In this document: in pieces, positions 49,497 to 59,154 of the stretch
Position numbering within the stretch: the stretch's first letter is position 1
Layout of the letters: each line of letters begins with the position of its first letter
Assembly: GCA_963666315.2 (NCBI GenBank)
Contig: CAXXHG010000041.1
Span: 1-64,000, forward strand
DNA length: 64,000 bases
From: Candidatus Binatia bacterium
GTDB taxonomy: Bacteria; Desulfobacterota; Binatia; Bin18
Direction of reading: 5' to 3'
Notes under the pieces: model-generated
Database searches by the model: none
Seen by the model: the letters and a program-made list of their open reading frames with translations, nothing else
Told to the model about the DNA's origin: nothing
Made by a program: the position numbers and the translations under genes

Positions 49497-50180
49497 TCAG
49501 GCCAGAGCTTCTTGCCAATGTCGAAGGATACTGGTGCGTACCACCACGAACGTCACAGTGTACCAGCCAAAAAACGCGAGCACGCCTAACCAGAAGACGA
49601 GCAGGCCATTCCAGGCAAAGGGGCCGGTCTTGAAGAATATCAGCATGACGCCCGGCAGAAACAGCATTGCGCACCACAGGCAAAAGAAACCGAACCAACG
49701 CGGGAAGATGGGTCGCTCGTTCTTGTCGCCGAGGGTGGCCAGACCGGTCGCGACCACTTGCACGACAAATGTTCCAACCGGCCACAAGAATGTGATCCAG
49801 GCCATGTCATTGAAAACCCGGATTATTTCCGGATTCTGCTCCGGGCGGAAGGCGGCCGTGGCCCACAACAATTCCGGGATGATCGTAAGCACCGCGTTAC
49901 TCGAGCCGCTCACCAACTGGGTGTAGGACAAGGCCGATGGCCCACCCTCTATACGATTGAGTTGAATAGAAATGACAGCGGCGAACGGGATAATCAACGC
50001 CCACGCGATCACCATGAGCACTAATCCCAGGCGAATTTGCAACGTATGTTGCTGGTACATCGCGGCTATTTCCGTGGCACTAACACTCGGCAGGGGCGGC
50101 GGCAGGAAATTCGCGAGCGGCCAGAATCCCGCGAAAAAGACGAGCAAGAAAACGACCCCGCTCCATGCGCACGCTTGTCT
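49497..50180 (-). CDS. multi-pass membrane protein; start apparently lost
   Basis: QACAWSG...PPPLPS...AAFRPE...PIFPRW...FFKTGPFAWNG; no ATG upstream in frame. Confidence 0.7.
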   Translation of the reverse strand, partial: RQACAWSGVVFLLVFFAGFWPLANFLPPPLPSVSATEIAAMYQQHTLQIRLGLVLMVIAWALIIPFAAVISIQLNRIEGGPSALSYTQLVSGSSNAVLTIIPELLWATAAFRPEQNPEIIRVFNDMAWITFLWPVGTFVVQVVATGLATLGDKNERPIFPRWFGFFCLWCAMLFLPGVMLIFFKTGPFAWNGLLVFWLGVLAFFGWYTVTFVVVRTSILRHWQEALA

Positions 50181-50586
50181 CGGGTGAGCAGCACAAGCTC
50201 CCGTTTGTCAATGATATAGGAGCAGCGGAGGGCATCAGGCAGGCGATCCGGACTGTCTATCTGAACGATATTCGAATCGACCAGATATTGGAGACTGACC
50301 TCAAGCGGAAAATTGTCCCGAATAGTTTCGCATTTGTCCGACTGCTGCTCTGGTGTGTTCGTTTCCGTACGATGGAGAAAAGCGCTTCCAAGATTTGAGG
50401 TATTGAGTGCCATACGGCCCTTACTGTTCTTAAAATTACCGCAATTTATCCATCGTAGCGGTGTACTGGCAGCCCCGCTTTAACCACAATCGATCATAGA
50501 GAGAAATAGCAGCGAAGCAGACGCGGGTGAGGGGTTCTTTACTTCTGCTATTATGAGAGGCCAGAGAGGGCACAACGATCATCACT

Positions 50587-51141
50587 ATGCTACTCATCCT
50601 CGACGTTGATTACACCCTGAATCAATTCTATCCACCTTCCTTACAAGACATCGCTCCAGCAGGCTTGATTGGACAAAGCGGACCGCCCATGTGGGAGTGG
50701 ATTATCCAGCACCTCAGAGAGGTCGAATATCCTGTTTGGGAAAAAGCGGTCGAGATCGTCCACTGGCTGCATCAGTGCCGGCCTACGGTCGTTGTCAGCA
50801 CAGGTCGACCCGAAGCCCTTCGCTCTGAGACCGAGCGCTGGCTGCATCGGTATTTTCGCTTCGATACACTGCTGATGCGACAACCGAACGACTTTCGCCC
50901 GAATGCCGAGATTAAACAGGACGCTTTGCATAAAGACATTGTGCCGCGCATTGGCGATAAACGGGCCTACGCATTTGAGGATGATGCGACCACGCTGACA
51001 ATGTACCAACAAGAGGGGATTCAAACATTGACTGCCCCAGCCTGTTGGGAACAACTCCAGCCGCATATCGAAGAGACCGAACCAACAGCGATTCACTCCG
51101 TCCTTGCGTCGTACACGAGGCTGGACACGGAGGACGTTTAG
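50587..51141 (+). CDS. HAD-family phosphatase (PNKP 3'-phosphatase-like)
   Basis: Motifs LDVDYTL, STGRPE, LLMR..NDFRP..IK and FEDD. Confidence 0.8.
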   Translation: MLLILDVDYTLNQFYPPSLQDIAPAGLIGQSGPPMWEWIIQHLREVEYPVWEKAVEIVHWLHQCRPTVVVSTGRPEALRSETERWLHRYFRFDTLLMRQPNDFRPNAEIKQDALHKDIVPRIGDKRAYAFEDDATTLTMYQQEGIQTLTAPACWEQLQPHIEETEPTAIHSVLASYTRLDTEDV

Positions 51142-51395
51142 GCCTGCGGAGAGACGAGGTTGAGCAACTCGGCCTTCATCTCTCGGCAGCGTTGCTCTTC
51201 AAAACTGAAATCCCCGGCACACTGCTCATACGCCAGCTTCACCACACGAAACCGCGGCATGAAGGCATCCGGAGGCAGAAAGCGCGACTTTGTATACTGC
51301 GTCCGAATCGAGATGTCCGGATTCAGTGCAGCCGGCTCTTTCTGCGTTAGAAAAAGGGAGTTGAAAATCAGCCCAACCAGCAGCAGACTGTTCAC
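51138..51395 (-). CDS. small hypothetical protein with a hydrophobic N-terminus
   Basis: ORF only; possible signal peptide and two Cys. Confidence 0.4.
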   Translation of the reverse strand: MNSLLLVGLIFNSLFLTQKEPAALNPDISIRTQYTKSRFLPPDAFMPRFRVVKLAYEQCAGDFSFEEQRCREMKAELLNLVSPQA

Positions 51396-51626
51396 AACGG
51401 CCTAGGTCATCCGATTTGTCACCACGGCGTTTCTCACACTCCACGACTCTCAAGTGCCAGGACAACAGCTCAATGCGTGTGCCAGTGCAATAGTGGGAAA
51501 CCGGTGTATATCAGGCAGTTTTTTCTGAGCGACACCTGATCGACACCTGGGGTAGGAAATTTTAGCCGGGTGTTTTAGGAAGGAAATGACAGTCGTGCCC
51601 ATATCATTTTTTCCGCCTCACACATT

Positions 51627-52262
51627 ATGAAAAATCTCAGCCACGAAGAAGCCGCCCAAACCGCCCGCACGACACTGGACTTCTACGATCAGTTTGCCGA
51701 AGCATTCTGGCGCGGCACACAAGACCATGACGTCAGTCAGAATCGGGCGGCGTTACTTGATCATCTACACGGTCCAGGCCCGTACCACATCCTCGACTTT
51801 GGCTGCGGTCCGGGCCGTGATCTCAAGGTCTTTCGCGAACTGGGCCATATCGCTATCGGCCTCGACGGCGCTGAACGCTTTGTCAGCATGGCCAAACAGT
51901 ACACGGGCTGCGAGGTGTGGCAGCAAGACTTTCTGCAGCTCGATCTCCCTGCCGCATACTTTGATGGTGTTTTTGCCAATGCCGCTCTCTTCCATATTCC
52001 CAGTCAGGAACTACCGCACGTGCTGACCCAGCTGTGGGAAACGCTCAAGCCGAACGGCGTGCTGTTTAGCTCCAATCCACGCGGCAACGATCACGAAGGC
52101 TGGCAAGATGGACGCTATGCGAGTTTTTATACGTTTGAGACCTGGCAGCGTCTACTTATTGATGCCGGCTACCAAGAAGTCATGCATTATTACCGCCCGC
52201 CAGGCCGACCACGTCACCAGCAACCCTGGTTGGCGACGGTGTTGCGGAAGGCGGCGGAATAG
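51627..52262 (+). CDS. class I SAM-dependent methyltransferase
   Basis: Motifs ILDFGCGPGRD, FANAALFH and SSNPRG. Confidence 0.9.
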   Translation: MKNLSHEEAAQTARTTLDFYDQFAEAFWRGTQDHDVSQNRAALLDHLHGPGPYHILDFGCGPGRDLKVFRELGHIAIGLDGAERFVSMAKQYTGCEVWQQDFLQLDLPAAYFDGVFANAALFHIPSQELPHVLTQLWETLKPNGVLFSSNPRGNDHEGWQDGRYASFYTFETWQRLLIDAGYQEVMHYYRPPGRPRHQQPWLATVLRKAAE

Positions 52263-52327
52263 CGGCAGCTACTCATGTCGTCTGGCGTTTGTTATGCAGT
52301 GGATATTCTGCAACTCGCGAAGGGAGA

Positions 52328-52825
52328 ATGCATATGCACAGAAGACAATGGACTGGCTGTATTGGGGGTCTTGGCGGTCTCGTGTTGCTGCTCGGTCTGA
52401 CAGGTCCGACCTGGGCGCAGGAGTCACAGCGAACGGTCGTGAGCTTTCTGGCCGAGAAGCGCAACGCCACCATGGCCACCATTCGAGAGGATGGGACATC
52501 CCAGCTCACGCCGGTGTGGTTTGTGTGGGACGGCGAACAGTTTTTCATCTCCACCACAAGCGAGCGCGCCAAGTATAAAAACCTGGTCCGTGACGCACGT
52601 ATGAGTCTGTGTATCGATGATGTGACAGGTTTCGGCTACGTCACGGCAGAAGGGAAGGCGGAAATTAGGGAAAAGGACATTTGGGACGATACACGAAAAA
52701 TCCTTGTCAAATACCGAGGCGAGGAAGGCGGGGACGCCTCCCTCAAGGACATGAAAACACAGCCCCGTATTCTGGTTGTGATGAAACCCACCCGCATGGA
52801 AACGCAGGGCCTGGCGAAGAAGTAA
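52328..52825 (+). CDS. PPOX class F420-dependent oxidoreductase with an N-terminal signal-like peptide
   Basis: ATIREDGTSQLTPVWF and KYKNLVRDARMS; N-terminus HRRQW...LVLLLGLTGPTWA-Q. Confidence 0.85.
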   Translation: MHMHRRQWTGCIGGLGGLVLLLGLTGPTWAQESQRTVVSFLAEKRNATMATIREDGTSQLTPVWFVWDGEQFFISTTSERAKYKNLVRDARMSLCIDDVTGFGYVTAEGKAEIREKDIWDDTRKILVKYRGEEGGDASLKDMKTQPRILVVMKPTRMETQGLAKK

Positions 52826-52832
52826 TCAGATA

Positions 52833-53162
52833 CTACGACAGCGGTCGGATCGCGCCGCATTTCCAGCAGGCGGTGAATTGGCCTTCGAGCCCTTCTCCGC
52901 ACTGTGGACAGTGCCACGACTTGGGCGGTAACGGTCCGGAGAGGAAGCCCTGGTCATACGCTGTAGCAGTGCTTCGTGCCTGGTCGAAGTCCGCATCGTT
53001 GACCACCCACACAGAAGGATTGGTGTCAGCAGTCACCGGGATAATGCCGCGCAGGGGGAACAGGTGTTCGCCCTGTACGACGGTCTCAATGCCTTCGGCT
53101 TCGAGCAAGCCTTTGACCAGATGCGCTTCGGTTGGATTGTGAGCTGTATACACACACTTCAT
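52833..53162 (-). CDS. DUF2007-like protein with a RanBP2-type zinc ribbon
   Basis: EAHLVKGLLEAEGI and WHCPQCGE...CWKCG. Confidence 0.85.
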   Translation of the reverse strand: MKCVYTAHNPTEAHLVKGLLEAEGIETVVQGEHLFPLRGIIPVTADTNPSVWVVNDADFDQARSTATAYDQGFLSGPLPPKSWHCPQCGEGLEGQFTACWKCGAIRPLS

Positions 53163-53163
53163 A

Positions 53164-54204
53164 TCATAACCACCTGCTATGTGTCTGTTGTAGCAAGCTG
53201 TCCTGATCCAAAACAGCGTGGGGTTGTGGGAAAATGCCTAACTCCATATATGAGACAGCGATCTTATCGATTGCGTCAACGAATGCCGCGGTGCGGAGAT
53301 CAGGGATGTCAGGCTTGCTTTTCCAGACCTCATGAATGTGTTGATAGGCGTTGATCATCGTCTCCTCTAAGCCCGAATTCACGAGATCGATTTCGTCCGT
53401 CCCGTGCACCACTTCTGCGCGTTCTGCGGCAGACAGAGTTTTACCGGTCAAGCGTTCGACCGTATGCATCAGCCGGTCAAAAGCCGACTGTTCGAAGCGC
53501 TTCCCCATGCGCCCGAGACGGACGTGCGACAGGTTTTTGAGCCATTCAAAATACGAGACTGTTACCCCACCCGCGTTGAGGTAGACGTCAGGAATGATCA
53601 GGACGCCTTTGTCTAACAGAATTTCTTCTGCCTGGGCAGTCACCGGACCATCGGCAGCCTCAGCCACAATTTTCGCTTGAATGCGGGGCGCATTGTCCTC
53701 CGTAATTTGGTTTTCAATCGCAGCGGGAATCAGGATGTCGCATTCCCGCTCTAAAACCGTCTTGCTGTTGGGAATGTTCTCCACGCCGGGGAAATTCAGA
53801 ACCGACTGCGTCTCTCTTCGGTGCGCCACGACAGCCTCAACGTCCAGACCCTGCGGATGGTACAGCGCGCCCTCATACTCGGCGATGCCAACGATCCGAC
53901 ACCCACCTTCTTGGCAGAACTTTGCGGCATGATAGCTGACATTTCCCAACCCCTGCACGATCACCGTTTTACCGGCCAGCCCCCGAGCTAAGCCGATCTT
54001 TTTCATATCCTCGGCACTATCGCAAGCTTCACGCAGACCAAAGTATACGCCTCGTTCAGTTGCCTCGACTCGTCCGCGTATGCCCCCTTGCGCGACTGGC
54101 TTGCCGATCACACAGGCGGCAGCGTCGATCTGCCCAGGGCTGAAGGTCGCATAGGTATCAAAGATCCAGGCCATCTCCCGCCCACTAGTCCCGTAGTCAG
54201 GCGC
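53164..54204 (-). pseudogene. Glu/Leu/Phe/Val dehydrogenase, 5' third missing
   Basis: Starts at APDYGT; has [15 protein letters not shown]; degenerate motifs ATERG, GNVSY and EAADGP; reads on past GIFP. Confidence 0.82.
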
Positions 54205-54311
54205 GCGGTTTCATCATTCACGGCATTGCGCCGTTCCGGCCGGTTGAGGATGAGGGTGGTCACCGGGCCGTCTTTTTCTACGAGAATTTTCATGCCAGAT
54301 TCCTTACTCAT
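54204..54311 (-). pseudogene. enoyl-CoA hydratase N-terminal fragment
   Basis: VEKDGPVTTLILNRPERRNAV. Confidence 0.75.
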
Positions 54312-54336
54312 CTACAAAGATACAGAGACGTAGCCC

Positions 54337-54368
54337 CCGTTCGCCCTGAGCCTGTCGAAGGGGAACGG
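54337..54368. repeat. single REP-like element
   Basis: ccgttcgccctgagcctgtcgaaggggaacgg. Confidence 0.72.
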
Positions 54369-54398
54369 ATAAGTCACCCGACACCCCACATCGACCTC

Positions 54399-55307
54399 CT
54401 ACCGAAACGCTGCGATCACTTCCTGCAACGCAACCATTTGGTTGCCGTTGGCCGACGACGGCACCAGGATGGGCGTCTTCAGGCCCGTGTCGTACCAGGC
54501 TTCTACCCCTTCCCGCACTTCAGACACACTGCCGTATAGCGTGACCTGACTCAGCCAGCGGTCAGACATCAAAGACGGAATCTTATCGTCTTCTTTGTTG
54601 GCCATGGCTTTTTGGATGGCCCGCATTTCCTCTTCATACCCGGCTTCGATCCAGTATTTTTGGTAATTCGGCAGCCGGACATAGGTACTGAGCGTTCGGC
54701 GATGTACTTTTGCTGCGGTTTCTTTATCGTCTGTAATCACGGTCGGGATCATATTGCCGACAAAGAAATCGTCATCCTGCATTTTCTCCTGAGGCAGAAA
54801 ACTTAGCGAGGTAGACATATGAGACAGAGCGGCATTGGCCCACACCGCGCCTTGGGAAATCTCAGCCGACAGCTTGACCATGGCCTTGCGTAAGGTGGCC
54901 AGAATAATAGGCGGCAGAGCGTCTTTTCTGCCCACGCTGGCCTGCAGGTCTGAAACAAACTGGCGCATGTCGGCCAGCGACTTGTTAGCCTGCACCTTGA
55001 GCCGATTCAGCATAGGCCCGTGACTCACCCCAACCCCGAACCGAAAACGGCCACCAGAGACCTCATGAATAAAGGCCGCCGTCTGGGCATAGTCATACGG
55101 ATGGCGCGTATACATATTGGCGATGCTGGTGCCGAGCGGAATCTCGTGAGTGGCAAAGGCCAGGGCCTCACACAGGCCCAAGCCATCCCCAACGCTTTGG
55201 CAAAAAATACCGCTAAAGCCTTCTTTTTCGATCTGGGCTGCAACTTCCAAAGTTGCCTTTCGCCGTCCCGCCACTGCCACTAGTGCGATTGCCGGTTTTT
55301 GGGCCAT
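54399..55307 (-). CDS. LLM class flavin-dependent oxidoreductase
   Basis: GTSIANMYTRHP and SGGRFRFGVGVSH. Confidence 0.88.
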   Translation of the reverse strand: MAQKPAIALVAVAGRRKATLEVAAQIEKEGFSGIFCQSVGDGLGLCEALAFATHEIPLGTSIANMYTRHPYDYAQTAAFIHEVSGGRFRFGVGVSHGPMLNRLKVQANKSLADMRQFVSDLQASVGRKDALPPIILATLRKAMVKLSAEISQGAVWANAALSHMSTSLSFLPQEKMQDDDFFVGNMIPTVITDDKETAAKVHRRTLSTYVRLPNYQKYWIEAGYEEEMRAIQKAMANKEDDKIPSLMSDRWLSQVTLYGSVSEVREGVEAWYDTGLKTPILVPSSANGNQMVALQEVIAAFR

Positions 55308-55507
55308 AGGTCCTCCTTCTGCGTGCTTGTCAGAACAATGCGTTCTTTACAGTAGTCGCCGGATTGTATCTGGTGTGAGCGGGAGTGGCTATCGGTGAGA
55401 GGCAGGCCCTAGAGCCGCCTGGTGCAGATACACCCTCACCCACGTTCGCGAAGCGAACGACACCCCCGTATGTTGACGTAGAGGACAAGTGAGAGCATCG
55501 TTTTCTT

Positions 55508-55536
55508 TTGACATACACACCCGTGATGTGTACCCT
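55508..55536 (+). promoter_or_regulatory. sigma70 promoter with a probable TA autoregulatory operator
   Basis: TTGACA-17-TACCCT with an embedded TACACA-N7-TGTGTA palindrome. Confidence 0.6.
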
Positions 55537-55558
55537 GGGCTAAGAAAAAGTGCTGTGT

Positions 55559-55807
55559 ATGCATCAGCGTATTAACATCACCCTGCCGGAGGACACCATA
55601 CGGTTACTAGACCGGACGGTTACTGCTGGCAGCCGGAGCCGGTTCATCGACCAGGCGATTAAGCATTATGTGCAGACGCAGTCCAAAAAGCGGCTGCGGA
55701 CCTTACTCAAGGAAGGCGCAATCGCTCGAGCCGAGCGCGATCTTGCCGTAGCAGGGGAGTGGTTTCCCGTGGATGACGAGACATGGCAGCACGGCAACAA
55801 CGAGTAA
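55559..55807 (+). CDS. ribbon-helix-helix antitoxin
   Basis: QRINITLPE...RSRFIDQAI...LKEGA; overlaps the toxin gene. Confidence 0.85.
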   Translation: MHQRINITLPEDTIRLLDRTVTAGSRSRFIDQAIKHYVQTQSKKRLRTLLKEGAIARAERDLAVAGEWFPVDDETWQHGNNE

Positions 55808-56157
55808 GTTTCATCAAACGCGGCGAAATCTATCTGGTCAATTTTGATCCGACCCTGGGCGCAGAAATCAAGAAAACCCGTCCGGCCCTGATTCTGCAAA
55901 ATAATATTGCCAACCGTCATAGCCCGGTGACAATTGTCGCAGCGATCAGCTCACAGTTTGGCGAGACGCTGTATCCGACCGAAGTTCTGATCACAGCCCC
56001 GGAGGGCGGGTTAAGTGTCGATTCCGTGGCGCTGCTGAACCAGATGCGCTCCATTGACCACCGCCGCTTAGTCAAACGGTTAGGCGCCATCCGCTCCGAG
56101 ACCTTGCGCCAGGTTGAACACGCCTTGCTTATCAGCCTGGGCATGATGGAGGTCTGA
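55783..56157 (+). CDS. mazF: PemK/MazF family toxin
   Basis: RGEIYLVNFDPTLGAEIKKTRPALILQN and NQMRSIDHRRL. Confidence 0.92.
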   Translation: MAARQQRVSFIKRGEIYLVNFDPTLGAEIKKTRPALILQNNIANRHSPVTIVAAISSQFGETLYPTEVLITAPEGGLSVDSVALLNQMRSIDHRRLVKRLGAIRSETLRQVEHALLISLGMMEV

Positions 56158-56278
56158 ACCTTAAAACCCTCTGCGTGGGAGGTAGTCGTTCAGGAAAGAG
56201 AGAGGGAGATCTATTCCCAAACAGATATCTTGAATCTGGAGAAAAAGAACAGTTCTGACAGGTCCAGTTTCGCGGAAC

Positions 56279-56304
56279 AAAAAAGGGCCGGCAGAGCCGG
56301 CCCT
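56279..56304 (-). terminator. intrinsic terminator
   Basis: 9-bp stem AGGGCCGGC / GCCGGCCCT with a T run on the minus strand. Confidence 0.8.
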
Positions 56305-56334
56305 AAGAGCGCATCCAACTGAGAGTGGGTCGCC

Positions 56335-56631
56335 TTACACATCAATCCGGTCGTAATACCGAATACTCGGCTCTTTAGACAATTTGGAACCGAGCTCCTT
56401 GAGCACGCCGGTTTCCTCCCGCCAGCTCAGATATTTTTCGTAATGGCCACGCGACTCCCAGCGTTCGTAAAAAATCAGGTTGGTCGACTCGTCGAGGTTG
56501 CCATAGATATCAACCCCCTGGCAGCCGGCGTAGGCACGTGTGTCTGGGAGCGCTTCTTTCAGAAAGGCTTTGACCTCGTCCACACATTCGGGCTTGATCT
56601 GTATTTCAAGCATCACAACAGTTGTACCCAT
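56335..56631 (-). CDS. antibiotic biosynthesis monooxygenase family protein
   Basis: LPDTRAYAGC...ERWESRGHYEKYLSWR. Confidence 0.88.
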   Translation of the reverse strand: MGTTVVMLEIQIKPECVDEVKAFLKEALPDTRAYAGCQGVDIYGNLDESTNLIFYERWESRGHYEKYLSWREETGVLKELGSKLSKEPSIRYYDRIDV

Positions 56632-56783
56632 TCTGGTATCCTCCCTTTCTAGAGCTTCGTATGCATATTGAGTCGCACAGCCACAGCGGGAGATCAACCC
56701 CTAGACGAGGCAATGCCTCTTGCGATAAAAGAAAGGCTCCAGAATCAATCGAAACATTTCATTGCCGTTCAAAGGAGGTCGAT

Positions 56784-56990
56784 ATGCCACAAGTTATAGG
56801 TGGAGAAATTGGCAAAATCCAAGAGGAAGAATGGAGCTGCGGCGAATGCAAAGACGCTGGAGCCGAGCACAAAGACACCTTAGCCAAGGTGCTCATGCAT
56901 TGTGCACTCAGGCACGATGCGTGGGAAACCAACCAGGACAAGGACAATAAAGTTGTCCAGGTCAAGTCAAAAAAGGCGGATCAGGCCTAG
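56784..56990 (+). CDS. 68-aa protein with a C2H2-like zinc-binding motif
   Basis: AAGGAGGT RBS; WSCGEC-x16-H-x4-H; terminator downstream. Confidence 0.65.
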   Translation: MPQVIGGEIGKIQEEEWSCGECKDAGAEHKDTLAKVLMHCALRHDAWETNQDKDNKVVQVKSKKADQA

Positions 56991-57042
56991 CATCAGCTTG
57001 CTTGGCTGCATGTTTGGCCGCATGTTCAGCCGAACTGTTTGA

Positions 57043-57079
57043 GAAAAGCCCATCGTCATCCGGTGGGCTTTCTTTTTTT
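57043..57079 (+). terminator. intrinsic terminator
   Basis: gaaaagcccatcg...cggtgggcttttc followed by a T run. Confidence 0.78.
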
Positions 57080-57131
57080 AACCTCCTTCCCTGCGCCTCA
57101 TCTCCCACCTTTTTTGTCCAACCTTTTCTGC

Positions 57132-57171
57132 TTGACAGCGTGATTTTATAAAAATAGACTTATCAGTCTAT
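57132..57171 (+). promoter_or_regulatory. sigma70 promoter with a palindromic operator over the -10 box
   Basis: TTGACA-17-TAGACT; perfect arms ATAGACT-TATC-AGTCTAT. Confidence 0.7.
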
Positions 57172-57238
57172 AATAGTTCAAAAAATCACGACAGAGCAGT
57201 CATGTTTCGCATGCATCACGAAAAGGGAGGGTCAGCGC

Positions 57239-58492
57239 ATCGCACCAGAAAGCCTATCGTTTTACTCCGCACTGAGTCACGCACCTATTCGGTCAGCCGG
57301 AAACCACGTTGATCTTACGATCTATCGTGATGCTGGGGACACGACCTACGGCACGTTCAAATACAAGGCCCCGGCGGAGGGGTTGGTTCAGGTCGGCGGT
57401 CCACACAGCACCGAGACAGCCTGGAGCGACGATTTCGAAATTGCCTACACCAAAGTCGGCACCACCGGGCCGTTGGTACTACTACTGCACGGCGTGCCGT
57501 GTAATCGCGCCCAATGGGAAGACGTGCAGCGCTCTCTCGGCCGCTTCTGCGAGACGATTGCGATAGACATGCTCGGCATGGGCGAAAGCACCCAGCCCCG
57601 CATGTACGGCAAAAAAGACGACCCGAATAACGGCACCCAGTGGCACTGGATCAACGACGTGGACTACGTCGAGCAGCTCATGCAGCATGAGTATCCGGAT
57701 CGCAAGTTCATCTTTATCGCCGATGACTGGGGCAGCGGCGTCGCTTCACATTATGCGGCCGCCTACAACGACCGTTTGCATGCCTTGATCCAGCTTGATG
57801 CCATCACTTTCGATGGCTATCCGGGCAACGAGATCCAAGCTATCGGTCGAGCGTCACAGATTCCGAACACGCCTGAGGGTGACGCCATGTTTCCCGCAGG
57901 CTTTGCCGCGTTTGATCAGACTTTGGTCCAGATCCTCAAAACCATGGTGTATGACCCCAGCGTCTATAACCAGTACAACTTGCGCAAGCTCATCTGTACC
58001 TATGTAGACGTGGATTACGAGCGCAACGGCGCACACGATGGGGTGACTGGTGTCGCCAGCTCAACCACCCTCCGCCTTCACCTGCATAACCTGCGGGTGC
58101 TGGCCGACCGGGCGGCTATCTTGAGCCCAGCACTCCTCTTGCGCTACCACCCGCAACACAACCCGCGCGGCGTCGATTACCAGGCAATCACAGTTCCAAC
58201 GCTGATTGCCTGGGGTGAGTACGATAATATGATGCCTGCCGTCCAAACGCAGCGTTTTGCCGACGTGCTCGGCACTGACGACGTGCAAATCACCTATATT
58301 CCGAATGCGGGCCATTTCGCTCACACCGACCGGCCACTGTTTGTTGCAGACACGATTGTCAACTTCATCCGCCGCGTCATGGGACGCAGCGCCATGGCCG
58401 ACATCAATCTCGGCCATGAGGGCATCTGGAAGGACGATGAACGCTTAGTCATTGCAGAACTGCGCCAATTACATGGAATACACGTGGATTAA
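57239..58492 (+). CDS. alpha/beta hydrolase (epoxide hydrolase / dehalogenase-like)
   Basis: Motifs LLHGVP, DMLGMGES, ADDWGSG and NAGHF; frame open back to an ATC codon behind GGAGG, so the start is uncertain. Confidence 0.8.
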   Translation: MAPESLSFYSALSHAPIRSAGNHVDLTIYRDAGDTTYGTFKYKAPAEGLVQVGGPHSTETAWSDDFEIAYTKVGTTGPLVLLLHGVPCNRAQWEDVQRSLGRFCETIAIDMLGMGESTQPRMYGKKDDPNNGTQWHWINDVDYVEQLMQHEYPDRKFIFIADDWGSGVASHYAAAYNDRLHALIQLDAITFDGYPGNEIQAIGRASQIPNTPEGDAMFPAGFAAFDQTLVQILKTMVYDPSVYNQYNLRKLICTYVDVDYERNGAHDGVTGVASSTTLRLHLHNLRVLADRAAILSPALLLRYHPQHNPRGVDYQAITVPTLIAWGEYDNMMPAVQTQRFADVLGTDDVQITYIPNAGHFAHTDRPLFVADTIVNFIRRVMGRSAMADINLGHEGIWKDDERLVIAELRQLHGIHVD

Positions 58493-58648
58493 GTCCACGG
58501 CACCGTGGCCCAGCCATTATCGACGGATACACGACATGCTCTTTTCATACCGCTGACACACTCCAGCGTTTCAGATATTCTACGAAGACCAACTGACATT
58601 CGATTTTTAGTACGCCAGCAAGAAGAGCAGGAAGCGAAGGGATCCTCT

Positions 58649-59094
58649 ATGCACGTCACGGGCATGATGCACGTCAACGTCAACTGCTGCGACTATGAGC
58701 GCTCGCGCAAATTTTACGAACTGCTCGGGTTCAAGGTGATGTGGGAAGTGCCGGAGCGGAATACGCCGGAAGTAGCCGCCGCCGTGGGCATGCCGCCTTA
58801 CCTCGTGCGAGGCGCACTCCTGCAGCTAGAGGGATCACCGACGACGACGCTCATCGATCTGCTGGAGTGGAAAGAGCCACGCGACAACGAGCCGCCGTAT
58901 CCTCATCTGTATCACCCGGGGATCGCGCGGATCGCACTGCTCACCAGTGATCTGGCTGCAGACGTGCAAACGCTGAAAGCGTACGGGGTAGAGTTCATTT
59001 CTGAGCCCGTCCTGCTCGATCCGCCGGACGCTTTGTGTGTTTCAAAGATCCAGACGGCACTGTGCTGGAGTTGGTCGATACGGAGCAACCCTAG
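58649..59094 (+). pseudogene. VOC / glyoxalase family protein, frameshifted near 59028
   Basis: HVNVNC...FYELLGF...IDLLEW; RFVCFKDPDGTVLELV lies in another frame. Confidence 0.78.
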
Positions 59095-59154
59095 TTTCCA
59101 GAATCAGCGGATCAATCGTTCGGGATAATTCCAACTCACAAAGGAGGACGGCAT

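Noticed and set aside
15343-54368. Repeated CTGAGC/GTCGAA units as a CRISPR array
   Set aside because: They are dispersed and inverted, with no regular repeat-spacer period and no cas genes
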